Part shown: piece after piece, positions 1 through 9,796 of the stretch
How positions within the stretch are numbered: the first letter of the stretch is position 1
Layout: each line of letters opens with the position of its first letter
Source of the DNA: Pachysolen tannophilus NRRL Y-2460
Lineage: Eukaryota
DNA: 37,178 bases
Direction: 5' to 3'
Assembly (NCBI GenBank): GCA_001661245.1
Contig: KV454014.1
Coordinates: 186,001-223,178, forward strand
Translations under genes and position numbers: made by a program
The notes under the pieces: generated by a model
The model's database searches: none
What the model was told of the DNA's origin: nothing
The model's input: the letters and a program-made list of their open reading frames with translations, nothing else

Positions 1-336
1 TGAATTTTTCCTTTTTTTTTATTCTTTTTCTGTTTTTATATATATAGTCTTCTTGGTAATAAAAAACATGAATTCTTTTATTCGGTTTTGTAGTATTCTG
101 TTCTTTTTTAGAGCGGCTGGAAAAGTCAAGACATGAGTCTCTTCAATGAGATGATCAAGACAACGAAAGAGAAAAGAAAGAGTAGAATGTGATAATTCAA
201 TCTCTATCAAAAATAATATTTTACCTGATGGAGGGTGGTATTAAGATTGGGAAATGGACAATCGATAGATTTCTTTACAATAAAGTTATTACACTAGATA
301 AAGTACAATATATATCAGAAAAGTTTTCAAATTTTT

Positions 337-1551
337 TTATAAACCTTCTTTTGCTAAATTATCTATAATATCTAAATATAATGCCACTGCGTTGAACTTT
401 GGTTTTTCTCCTAATATTGCTTCAGAATAATATTTCCTTATAGTGTTTGTCCAATTAATCAAATCCAAATGATCAACATTCTCCAATGTTCCTAAATATT
501 TCCCCCATTTAGAAGATTCTACACCAACCATCCCATCATTATCCCCCTGAGTCTCATAGATGATTTTCCATGAGAAATAAAACACATTATAAAAACTTGG
601 TACAAACCTTGAGCCATAACTAAAATATTTGACATTGGAATCATCAGGTACTTCTTTATTAAAATGATTATTGACATAATCTGTAGTCAATTCGAATATG
701 CTTCTTGGTATGATTTTTTGTAATGGGCCTTGTTTCACTTCCTTATCACTTAATTTAAAGTTGTTGATAATATAATCAGCCATTCCTGAACCATGATGAG
801 GAGATGAAATTGTAGTCAAACTCATAACTTTATAATTTTTTTGTTCTATTTTTGAAATCAAATATCTTGCATCTAATCCTCCCATTGAGTGAGCTATTAA
901 GTTAACCTTTATTGGTTCATCTTTAGGATTTTTATCTGTACCAGAATCTTTACCTTCCTCATGATAAATCAAATTTGCATCATCTTTTGTATCTTGTCTT
1001 AATTTAATAATCTTTGTCTCTATGAACTTGTTTAATGCATTTGCTCTTTCTTCTATACTACCAAAAGGAGGTACTCTTGCTACTAATACAGTACATCCTT
1101 TCAGATCTAAAGCTTCCTTAATACCATGCCAATAATTAAAATAAAACCCTCCATTTTCCTCCGCTAATTCTTTTCCAACAGATTCTGCTGTTTTACCAAA
1201 TGATTGATTTAAAGATATGTTGAAATTATGTAAAAATCTTCTTATAGGAGGAACAATGAAAAGTCTATCAAACCCTGAAAACCCATGGCATAGCACTATG
1301 GGATACTTTGGTGTTTGATAGTCATCTCTTAGACCTGAAAATTTATCAACAATAATTATGTCCTCTTCGTTACTGACATCTCTGGTACTATTGGCAAAAT
1401 TTCTGCATGATCCATCTCTACTATGCAACGACAACTCATAATGACGAGTAGTAACAACAGTTAAGGGCACCAAGCTCAAGAAATAATGATGGCGAAACTT
1501 GGGGATCATTCCTTTCATTTGTAGGGATATCAATGATATTCTAGGGATCAT
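337..1551 (-). CDS. TGL2: Triacylglycerol lipase Tgl2-like (alpha/beta hydrolase, probably mitochondrial)
   Basis: PIVLCHGFSG oxyanion motif, AHSMGG nucleophile elbow, TISSPHHGS, DNDGMV and VDHLDLINW. The first ATG in frame is at 1551; the track start at 1623 is a TTG in AT-rich UTR. Confidence 0.88.
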   Translation of the reverse strand: MIPRISLISLQMKGMIPKFRHHYFLSLVPLTVVTTRHYELSLHSRDGSCRNFANSTRDVSNEEDIIIVDKFSGLRDDYQTPKYPIVLCHGFSGFDRLFIVPPIRRFLHNFNISLNQSFGKTAESVGKELAEENGGFYFNYWHGIKEALDLKGCTVLVARVPPFGSIEERANALNKFIETKIIKLRQDTKDDANLIYHEEGKDSGTDKNPKDEPIKVNLIAHSMGGLDARYLISKIEQKNYKVMSLTTISSPHHGSGMADYIINNFKLSDKEVKQGPLQKIIPRSIFELTTDYVNNHFNKEVPDDSNVKYFSYGSRFVPSFYNVFYFSWKIIYETQGDNDGMVGVESSKWGKYLGTLENVDHLDLINWTNTIRKYYSEAILGEKPKFNAVALYLDIIDNLAKEGL

Positions 1552-1737
1552 TTTGAAAAAATTAAGAAATATCAAAAAAAAATATAAAAAAATAGAATAC
1601 AATTTAATATATTTGCAGTACAAATTATTTTATGAAGCAATTAACTTATATAAGATATAAACTTGACAATATAATTCTAAATGATTTTTAAAACTATACA
1701 AGAGGATCTAGTTTATTTTTTTTTTTTTTTGGTTCTT

Positions 1738-3174
1738 TTATTTCCCACTAATCTGTTTAATCATAAACTCTTTAACAAAATCTAAATTATTTAAAATATC
1801 AACACCAAGAGATCTTGCCTTTACTATAGGCATAAAATCAGTACTGTAAATCTTGTGTAATTTATCAACAACTCCAAGCAAGACGTGGTTTTCAGGCCAT
1901 CTTTCACTGAAATAAGGTTCCAAACTTAATGGGCTACCAATGTCCAAACCTCTTAAGCTAGCTTTTTCTAAAGCTTTAACTAAAGATTTAACATCACCTT
2001 GACCCATATTTAAACCTTGACCTGCTAATGGATGAGTAGTATGAGCTGCATCACCAACTAGTGCTACTCTTTCTGAGACATAAGTATCTGAATGAGATAA
2101 TTTCAATGGGAATTTACCTCTAGATTTTGAAATCATTGATGAAACCATAATTGGGTAATTTTCTTCCAAGAATTTTTCATCTTTATTTTTAGAAAATTGT
2201 TTTAATCTCCAAGATAATTCCAGTGGTAAAGAATCTTCATCATCTTGAGCAATCTTGAAAATATAATTCAATTCATCTTGATCTAATCTATAAGCAGCAT
2301 TTACTAATAAGACAAAATTCTCTTCTTTAACTTTCATCAGGATATTACTTAATTCTGGAGTAAGAGTCCATACCAAGCTAACATAATTATCTGGCATTGG
2401 TAATAGTGCAATAGGACCAGTTGGTAAAAACCTTTGCCATGCAACTGGCATTCTAAAACTTTCATGTTCATTTTGTAAAGTTGCTACAATTCCCCATCTA
2501 TTATATGACCAACCTCTATTTTCAATTTTAGCAAATTTTCTTGCAGGTGAATTAAAACCATCACAACCAATAAGAAGTCTTGTTTCAATTTTTGTCCCAT
2601 TACTCAATTCTAAAACGGGCCAATGATTCTTATCATTTTCCCCAATATTAACAACTTTTGTATTATCCAAAATTTCTAATTGATTATCTATAGAATCATT
2701 ATTATTTAATTCTTCAATTCTTTCAAGTAATGAAGATTGAATATTAATATTTTCACACATTGTGGCAATATCATCATGTGTAAATTCAATCTTAGCATTT
2801 GTAATACCATCATAAGCAATTATATCATCATATGATTGAATTCTATCTTCTTTAATAAATTTCCAAGAACCAATTTCTTTGAAAAAATCTACTGTTGTTG
2901 GAGTTAATGAAACAACTCTATTTGTGAAAAATTCAGGTGCATTTTTTTCAAAATCTTTCAATGGACCCAATAAATTCAAAGATTCAATAATCTTAATTTT
3001 CAAATTACTCGTCAGAGGAGAATTCTTTAAACCAGCACCTAAAGATAACCCAGCTGGTCCTCCTCCAATAATCACCACATCGGCAACCTCATTCTTTACA
3101 GCAGTACCAACAGTCGCTAAACCCCTAGCAAATAACCTGCAATTAATCATTCCTCTAAACTGATAAGAAAACAT
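1738..3174 (-). CDS. COQ6: Ubiquinone biosynthesis FAD-dependent monooxygenase
   Basis: DVVIIGGGPAGL FAD motif, NRVVSLTP, LLIGCDGFNS, WQRFLPTGPIALLP, VALVGDAAHTTHPLAGQGLNMG; mitochondrial presequence-like N-terminus. Confidence 0.96.
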   Translation of the reverse strand: MFSYQFRGMINCRLFARGLATVGTAVKNEVADVVIIGGGPAGLSLGAGLKNSPLTSNLKIKIIESLNLLGPLKDFEKNAPEFFTNRVVSLTPTTVDFFKEIGSWKFIKEDRIQSYDDIIAYDGITNAKIEFTHDDIATMCENINIQSSLLERIEELNNNDSIDNQLEILDNTKVVNIGENDKNHWPVLELSNGTKIETRLLIGCDGFNSPARKFAKIENRGWSYNRWGIVATLQNEHESFRMPVAWQRFLPTGPIALLPMPDNYVSLVWTLTPELSNILMKVKEENFVLLVNAAYRLDQDELNYIFKIAQDDEDSLPLELSWRLKQFSKNKDEKFLEENYPIMVSSMISKSRGKFPLKLSHSDTYVSERVALVGDAAHTTHPLAGQGLNMGQGDVKSLVKALEKASLRGLDIGSPLSLEPYFSERWPENHVLLGVVDKLHKIYSTDFMPIVKARSLGVDILNNLDFVKEFMIKQISGK

Positions 3175-3253
3175 CAGAAAAAAAAACCCAACGTTATTTT
3201 ATTCTCAATCGAATTCAACTGATCCCGTCAATTCTCTTATCGTCAATCAACTG

Positions 3254-3289
3254 GTGAACTTAGTCAACTTGGTCAACTTGGTCAACTCT
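3254..3289. repeat. Tandem 9-mer (GTCAACTTG)x4, degenerate, in the COQ6/FOL1 divergent promoter
   Basis: gtgaactta gtcaacttg gtcaacttg gtcaactct. Confidence 0.8.
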
Positions 3290-3338
3290 TTCCCACAAAA
3301 TAATATTTATGTCCGCTCCTTTCCCAAAGTGTCGTGCG

Positions 3339-3368
3339 TGAAAAATTAAAAATGTTCCTTGTGATGAG
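3339..3368 (+). promoter_or_regulatory. RRPE-like (TGAAAAATT) plus PAC-core (GATGAG) pair upstream of FOL1
   Basis: TGAAAAATT at 3339-3347 followed by GATGAG at 3363-3368, the usual order in yeast promoters. Motif match only. Confidence 0.35.
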
Positions 3369-3442
3369 GTAGTAATCTTTTGGGACATTAACAGAGGTTA
3401 ATCCGACAATACTATTGATAACAATAACAATAGAGGTTATCA

Positions 3443-3446
<4 letters not shown>

Positions 3447-3474
<28 letters not shown>
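3447..3474. repeat. (AT)n microsatellite
   Basis: Uninterrupted atatat... run. Confidence 0.9.
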
Positions 3475-3480
<6 letters not shown>

Positions 3481-3577
3481 TGGTATTAACTTATTTTGTT
3501 TAAAGTATTAGGGGAAAACTTGTTCAACTTGATAATATTTTTTTTCTTTTCTTTTCTTTTTCTTTTCAGGATTTTTT

Positions 3578-6163
3578 GTGAAGTTGTCGCAAATACTGAA
3601 AAATTTTGTCAAGTCCTGGCGAACCACTTCATCATCAGGACTGACTATAAACAATTGTGTTAAGAGAAGTTGCCTGAAAAGTATTCTGTCTTCTTTTCCA
3701 AGATATGGAATTGTGAATAGTTTAGAATTGGGATTGGAACAGAAACTGGAACTGGAACTGAAAAAGGTTTCTGGAGATAAAAATTGTATGAATATGGGTA
3801 CTGATTTAGTTTCTATTAAAAATTTGAAGATAAGTGCTATTACTGGGAAAGATTTTTGGTCAAGATCGGTTTTACAACCTTTAGAAGTTAGCGTTGATTT
3901 AAAGACTAGTTTTACAAAAGCAAGTTTGAATGATGATTTAAAATATTCTTTAAATTATGCTGTTATTTCAAATAATATTTTAAATTTTTTCGATAATTGT
4001 AAATCTACCAATTTTCAATCATTAGAAAAAATATCAAATTTTATATTTAAAATTATTTTACAAGATAAGAATGGATCTTTTGGTAGAATTGGTAAAGTTT
4101 GTATTAAAAGTACAAAATCTGAGATAAGATGTGATAATATTGAAATTGAAATGGAAAGAACAAGAGATGAAAATGATAAAATAATTATTTTACCTCAACG
4201 TAATTATTTGGATAAAATTAAAATTAATGGATTAAAATTATTTACAATTATTGGAGTTTTCAAATTTGAAAGATTACAAAAACAAATTGTTAATTTGGAT
4301 ATTGAAATTCAATATGATTTTTCTCAAAATTATGAACAAAAATTGGATTATTATTTAATAATTGATAAAATTGTTGAATATGTTGAACATTCAAAATTTA
4401 AAACTGTTGAAGCATTAGTATTGAATGTAGCAAACTTGATTTTCCAATCAAATCAAGATATTACAATTTGTAAAGTCGCAGTTATAAAACCAAATGCAAT
4501 TTTATTTTCAGATGGTGTTGGTGTTTCTATTGAAAAGACAAGAAAAGATTTAAAAGATTTTAAAATGATAGAATTTCAAGAAACTGATAAAATTGAAGAA
4601 TTAAATAAAATTTCTTTACCTAATTTTAATGATGAAAATTCTATTCAAAATGATTTTAAAGATCATATAGTTTATATTGCATTTGGATCTAATGAAGGTA
4701 ATCAATATGAAAATATTTTAAAATCTTTCCAAGAATTGATTAAAAATGATATTAAAATTATAAGTACTTCTACATTATATGAATCTAAACCAATGTATTA
4801 TTTAAAACAACCAAATTTTTATAATGGTGTTATTAAAACAAGTACAAGACATTCTCCTCATGAATTATTAAAAATTTTGAAAAAAATTGAATATGAAAAA
4901 TTAGATCGAATTAAAAAATTTAATAATGGACCAAGAACAATTGATTTGGATATTTTATTGTATGATAATTTAATTTTAAATGATACTGATTTAACTATTC
5001 CACACATTTCATTATGTGAAAGAAATTTTGTCTTAGCACCACTTTGTGAACTTTTATCACCCAATGCAATTCATCCAATTACTGCAGAACCATTTCATAA
5101 TCATTTAAAACAATTATTTGATAACACAATTAAGATAGATTCAAAATTACAAGAATCAAATGATTTAATTAATGTTATACCATTACCTACAAGAAAAAAA
5201 AATTTTCAAAAATTATCATTTGATTTAATTAAAAACACTAGTGAAACCATTATTATGGGAATATTAAATGTAACACCAGATTCATTTTCTGATGCAGGTT
5301 CAAATTATCATTTAGATCAAGCATTAAAGACTGTTGAATCCATGTGTTTGAATGGAGTTAAGATTATAGATATAGGAGGATGTTCTACTAGACCTGGATC
5401 TGAGCAACCAACAGAAGAAGAGGAATTATCTCGAGTTTTACCTATAGTGAAACTGATTAGATCTCATGAAAATCCACAAATCAATGAACTGCTATTAAGT
5501 ATTGATACATATAGATCTAAAGTTGCTGAAGAATCAATTAAACTTGGAGCTGATATTATCAATGATATAAGTGCAGGATTATTTGATAACAAGATGTTTG
5601 ATGTGGTTGCTAAATATGGCGTTCCATATATTGTAAATCATACAAGAGGGACTATACTGACAATGAATAAATTAACAAATTATAATCAAGAAATAGAATC
5701 TAATGATGAATTTTTAGAGTTTAATTTAAATTTTAAAGATAATAAAGAAAATCCACTTTTATCAATAATTAGTAAAGAGTTAACAAGACAATTATCTATT
5801 GCATATTCAAAAGGTGTTAAGAAATGGCAAATTATTTTAGATCCAGGAATTGGATTTGCAAAGACAACAGAACAAAATATAATTACAATTAAATCAACAA
5901 GAGATTTGAAAAAAAAATCATTACTTAATAAAGAAACTGGTGAATATATAAGTTTTAATAATTTACCTGTATTAATTGGACCTTCAAGGAAAAAATTTAT
6001 TGGTAATTTAACAAGAAATTCAAAAGTAGATGAAAGATTGATTGGTACATGTGCTGCCGTCATGTCATGCATTGGTTTTGGAGCAGATATTGTAAGAGTA
6101 CACGATTATAAAGAAGTTAGAGATGTATGTTTGATTGGTGATGCTATCTATAAGAATAGGTGA
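3578..6163 (+). CDS. FOL1: Trifunctional dihydroneopterin aldolase (x2)/HPPK/dihydropteroate synthase; true start uncertain (first in-frame ATG 3788, near-cognate start ~3578, or spliced exon 3309-3333)
   Basis: DHNA motifs (DDLKYSLNYAVIS; IIGVFKFERLQKQ), HPPK motifs (YIAFGSNEG; GPRTIDLDILLY), DHPS motifs (IMGILNVTPDSFSD; DIGGCSTRPG; ILDPGIGFAKT; GPSRKKFIG; IVRVHD). Confidence 0.96.
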   Translation: MKLSQILKNFVKSWRTTSSSGLTINNCVKRSCLKSILSSFPRYGIVNSLELGLEQKLELELKKVSGDKNCMNMGTDLVSIKNLKISAITGKDFWSRSVLQPLEVSVDLKTSFTKASLNDDLKYSLNYAVISNNILNFFDNCKSTNFQSLEKISNFIFKIILQDKNGSFGRIGKVCIKSTKSEIRCDNIEIEMERTRDENDKIIILPQRNYLDKIKINGLKLFTIIGVFKFERLQKQIVNLDIEIQYDFSQNYEQKLDYYLIIDKIVEYVEHSKFKTVEALVLNVANLIFQSNQDITICKVAVIKPNAILFSDGVGVSIEKTRKDLKDFKMIEFQETDKIEELNKISLPNFNDENSIQNDFKDHIVYIAFGSNEGNQYENILKSFQELIKNDIKIISTSTLYESKPMYYLKQPNFYNGVIKTSTRHSPHELLKILKKIEYEKLDRIKKFNNGPRTIDLDILLYDNLILNDTDLTIPHISLCERNFVLAPLCELLSPNAIHPITAEPFHNHLKQLFDNTIKIDSKLQESNDLINVIPLPTRKKNFQKLSFDLIKNTSETIIMGILNVTPDSFSDAGSNYHLDQALKTVESMCLNGVKIIDIGGCSTRPGSEQPTEEEELSRVLPIVKLIRSHENPQINELLLSIDTYRSKVAEESIKLGADIINDISAGLFDNKMFDVVAKYGVPYIVNHTRGTILTMNKLTNYNQEIESNDEFLEFNLNFKDNKENPLLSIISKELTRQLSIAYSKGVKKWQIILDPGIGFAKTTEQNIITIKSTRDLKKKSLLNKETGEYISFNNLPVLIGPSRKKFIGNLTRNSKVDERLIGTCAAVMSCIGFGADIVRVHDYKEVRDVCLIGDAIYKNR

Positions 6164-6191
6164 AGAAGAAGAAGAAGAAGAAGAAGAAGAA
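6162..6191. repeat. (GAA)n microsatellite beginning inside the FOL1 stop codon
   Basis: tgaagaagaagaagaagaagaagaagaagaa. Confidence 0.9.
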
Positions 6192-6619
6192 ACACAAACC
6201 GGAGGCTTACCGAGGTGTATACCGAGGCTCTGAATCTCTGATTTTTTGAACATCCCTCGAAATTAAAAAAAAAAAAAAAGTTTTTCGAGGACCAAAGACC
6301 AAGGACCGAGGAAAACGATGCCCACCGATATTCCACACACACATGTATATATATATATATTTATAATATTTATTTTATTTTATTTCTGCCCCGGGGCAGA
6401 TCACAATTTTTTCCTCGGTCGGTTTAAAGTTTCGGTACTATTTCCTTTCCTCGGACTTTTCTTTTCCCGGACTTTCCTTTTTCCGAAACTTTCTTTTTCT
6501 TTTACTTTTTCTTTTTTTTTTTTATTTCTTTTTTGCTATTGTTCCGCACGACTATTTTCCGTGTTAATTTTTCCCCTTTTCAGTTTTTCCGTGATTTTTT
6601 TCACAACCTTTCCTCGAAG

Positions 6620-6630
6620 TGAAAAATTTT
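6620..6630 (+). promoter_or_regulatory. RRPE element upstream of GIS2
   Basis: Exact TGAAAAATTTT. Confidence 0.5.
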
Positions 6631-7189
6631 CCAAGACACACAGATAATAACTACAGTTAAAAAAAAAAGGACAAAAAGGACAAAAATAAAAAAATAGTAC
6701 GGTTTTTTAAGAAATTTGATTGATAGTTGGTTTTATTTCAATAATCATTTTAAAAGGCGGGCTAGTTTAAGCCAAAATAACTACTTTTACTTTACTATTA
6801 CTACTACTACTTACTGCCTTTTAAATTTTTTTTTTTATTTTTTTGGTTTTTTTGGGTTTTTTTCGTTTTAATCCAACCTCCTTTTTTTTAATAATTTTTT
6901 GGAAAAATTAATAATTATTATACATTTTAGTATATCGTTATATTAATTTTTTTTTCTTTTTTTTCTTTTTCTTTTTTTCATTATTTTTTAAAGAAAATAT
7001 TTTATTAAAGTGGAATATAATTCAAAAATAAGGTCCAAATTTTTTTTCCCTTTTGGTTTTAGAGAGAAGAGAAGTGTTGGAAGTGTTGTTGAGAGAGTGT
7101 TGAAAGAAAAAGAGGAAAAACTAAAAAAATAGTGGAAAAAAAAAATTTAAAAAAAATTTTATTATATCCATCCTTTCATTTTGAATATA

Positions 7190-7921
7190 ATGGCTGCTGT
7201 TTATCCAAGAACTTGTTATAAATGTGGTGAAGTTGGTCACTTTGCTGAAGTTTGTCAGCAGACCGAGAGGTTATGTTACAACTGTCGTCAACCGGGCCAT
7301 GAATCGAATGATTGTCCGGAACCAAAACAGGTTACTCAAAAACAATGTTATAATTGTAATGAGACTGGTCATTTACAATCAGAATGTCCTCATCCTGCTA
7401 AGCCGTCATTTTCTCAACCAAAATGTTATAACTGTAACAAGTTTGGCCATATTTCAAGAAATTGTCCAAACCCACCTTCCGATGAAAGTGCTGATGTTGA
7501 GGATTCTCCAGTAGCTGCTGGTACTACTACTAGTAATAATACTGCTACTGGTACCGGTGCGGCCGCCGCCTCGGTTTCCTCCTCCTCCCCAGCCGCCGCC
7601 GCTGCTGCCGCCGCTGGTCCTGCTGGTCCTGGTGCTGCCTCCAACGGTGGTTCGGCCCCGGCTGCTAATGGTTCCGGTAGAGGTTCTTCTTTTAGAAAAC
7701 CAGCTACAACTTGTTACAAATGTGGTGGTCCAAATCATTTTGCTAGAGACTGTCAAGCAGGTGTTATCAAGTGTTATGCTTGTGGTAAAAGTGGACATAT
7801 CTCGAAAGATTGTACTTCTGTTAGTGGCGGATCAAACAATTATAATCAAAAAACTTGTTATGCCTGTGGTAAGAGCGGTCATATTTCAAGAGATTGTGAT
7901 TCCAAAACCGAAGAAAATTGA
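7190..7921 (+). CDS. GIS2: CNBP-like seven-CCHC zinc-knuckle RNA-binding protein
   Basis: Seven CX2CX4HX4C knuckles; ATG at 7190; lies between FOL1 and RTC4 as in S. cerevisiae. Confidence 0.95.
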   Translation: MAAVYPRTCYKCGEVGHFAEVCQQTERLCYNCRQPGHESNDCPEPKQVTQKQCYNCNETGHLQSECPHPAKPSFSQPKCYNCNKFGHISRNCPNPPSDESADVEDSPVAAGTTTSNNTATGTGAAAASVSSSSPAAAAAAAAGPAGPGAASNGGSAPAANGSGRGSSFRKPATTCYKCGGPNHFARDCQAGVIKCYACGKSGHISKDCTSVSGGSNNYNQKTCYACGKSGHISRDCDSKTEEN

Positions 7922-8241
7922 AACTGTTAATAATGCAAATGTTTTAGCTGAAGATGTTGTTGTTGTTGTTACTATTGTTCATTCAATATTCTTTATAATT
8001 TTTTTTTTTATTTTTATTTTGGGGGTCTTTTTTTGAAAGAAAAAGAAAAAGAAAAGAAAAGAAAAGAAAAGAAGATCTTGGTTATTTAAAATATTTATCT
8101 TTTATTTACATATCTGTTAATTTATGCTGTTAATTCGTGTTGACCCTTTTATTATTTGCCATTTGTGTGTGTTGTTGTGTATACGTCTGTATGTATGATC
8201 TGAGTGTTTAAAAAAAGAAAAAATAATCTATATTATCATTA

Positions 8242-9546
8242 CTATAAATCATCTTCACTATCTGCTAATAAATCATTCATTCCTAATAAATTACCTGTAA
8301 AATCATCATTCTTATTCTTTTCCATCATTTTCAATATTTGATCATCAACTATACAAAGTTTTTTCTTTGTTGCTTTCATATCTTCATCATCTTCATTGTC
8401 ACTTATATATTCCTGATCTTTTATATCAATTTTATCCATTATATAAGTACCATAATCAGATGTCCATTCCATTAAATCATAACTATCATCTAGATCTTGA
8501 AATTTAAATTCATCTTTAATAAATCTAGAAAGTAATTCAGGAACTAACACAAATGAAACAAAATTATCTAGATTCCAAAATTGAATAACTTGATTTTTTT
8601 TAAATTTCAATTGAAATAAATCATGATATTTTAATTTCAATTTTGAAGATATCATTGAAGATCGTACTTTGCCTATATAACCTGTAGAAAATTGTCTCAT
8701 TGGTAATGCTAAAAATTCATCCTGTGACATTGTCTCATTATCAGATTTAGATTGAACCTTCTTTGCCAACCCATAAAAATAAGATTTCTCATCTCCACTC
8801 AATATCTTTGGTATTAAATCATAATAAGGTTTAATCTTGTTCAATAATTGTTTTTTGGTATATGGTAATGGATGGAAATTTTTCCCCTTATATTTCAATT
8901 CTGTCTGTTTGATCAATTTAGAATCATCATATATTCTATCCATTAATTTTTCATTTTCTTCTAATATCTCAAATTCCATATTTGTTTTCTCCAAGTTTAA
9001 TAATCCTCTTGCTTTTGCTTCTTCCTTATCTAATTTTTCAAATTCTTCAAATTTCTTATTCTCTTCTTCAATTAATCTTTTTTTCATCTCTAAATCATTA
9101 TTTTTTCTTTCCAAATTCTGATCTTTCACATCTTTAACATTTCCTGATTTTTGCAAAGTCTCCTTATTTAACTCCAGTAATTTTTCTAATTCCTTAATGA
9201 AATTATCGTTTTCAGTATCTTCATTTTTATTTCTTCGTCCTTTCATTAAATCTTCATCTTCTGAATCACTCAAGGGAATAAAAGAGTTAGAACCAATAAA
9301 TTTACCTTCCTCTAACTTGTCCCCATCAAGCACAATTTTTTTATTCTGCTCATTGTCACTCAATGCTTCATCCTGTCTTTTCCTTTTACCTCCAGCTGAT
9401 GCTGATGCTGCAATTGAATTTGAAGGTACTAAACCTGATCTTGATTTTGAGCCTGATCCTGATCCTGATCCTGATCCATTATAATACAAAAAATTCCCTC
9501 TACTGTCTTTAACACCATTCTTCCTCCTCCGATAGACATTTGACAT
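8242..9546 (-). CDS. RTC4: Restriction of telomere capping protein 4-like (RTC4 domain at C-terminus)
   Basis: C-terminal GYIG...FWNLDNFVSFVLVPELLSRFIKDE...MEWTSDYG resembles the RTC4 domain; syntenic between GIS2 and TEX1; ATG at 9546. Confidence 0.75.
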   Translation of the reverse strand: MSNVYRRRKNGVKDSRGNFLYYNGSGSGSGSGSKSRSGLVPSNSIAASASAGGKRKRQDEALSDNEQNKKIVLDGDKLEEGKFIGSNSFIPLSDSEDEDLMKGRRNKNEDTENDNFIKELEKLLELNKETLQKSGNVKDVKDQNLERKNNDLEMKKRLIEEENKKFEEFEKLDKEEAKARGLLNLEKTNMEFEILEENEKLMDRIYDDSKLIKQTELKYKGKNFHPLPYTKKQLLNKIKPYYDLIPKILSGDEKSYFYGLAKKVQSKSDNETMSQDEFLALPMRQFSTGYIGKVRSSMISSKLKLKYHDLFQLKFKKNQVIQFWNLDNFVSFVLVPELLSRFIKDEFKFQDLDDSYDLMEWTSDYGTYIMDKIDIKDQEYISDNEDDEDMKATKKKLCIVDDQILKMMEKNKNDDFTGNLLGMNDLLADSEDDL

Positions 9547-9796
9547 CACCGTCGCTAGATTATTTGCTCAATTCCGTTTGGTTCTTCTCTTTTAATACCA
9601 AACCTCTTTTATTTTACGGGGAATAAAAAAAATAAAATAAAAAAAAAAAAAAACCACAAAAAATTATTTTATAATTTATTTTTCACCTAATTATTTGGAG
9701 TTTTCACAAATTCAATTTCAAATTTGATACGAATTGGTTCTTTGTTGCTGGTTTTGTTGCTTGAAGGCTTGAAGGTGTTATTCTTTGCTTGTTATT

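Noticed and set aside
19..210. 63-aa minus-strand ORF
   Set aside because: TTG start and no recognisable motif; looks like promoter/terminator DNA between TGL2 and a gene outside the window
6065..6647. Short ORFs (62, 64, 109 aa) after FOL1
   Set aside because: Products of GAA and poly-T tracts (poly-Ser/Leu/Phe); no coding signature
7190..7921. CCHC knuckles as a retrotransposon Gag
   Set aside because: Seven tandem knuckles, no capsid/pol/LTR, and syntenic with GIS2
7224..8036. Alternative-frame and antisense ORFs over GIS2, including the 159-aa Pro-rich ORF
   Set aside because: Shadow ORFs caused by the GC-rich, stop-poor linker
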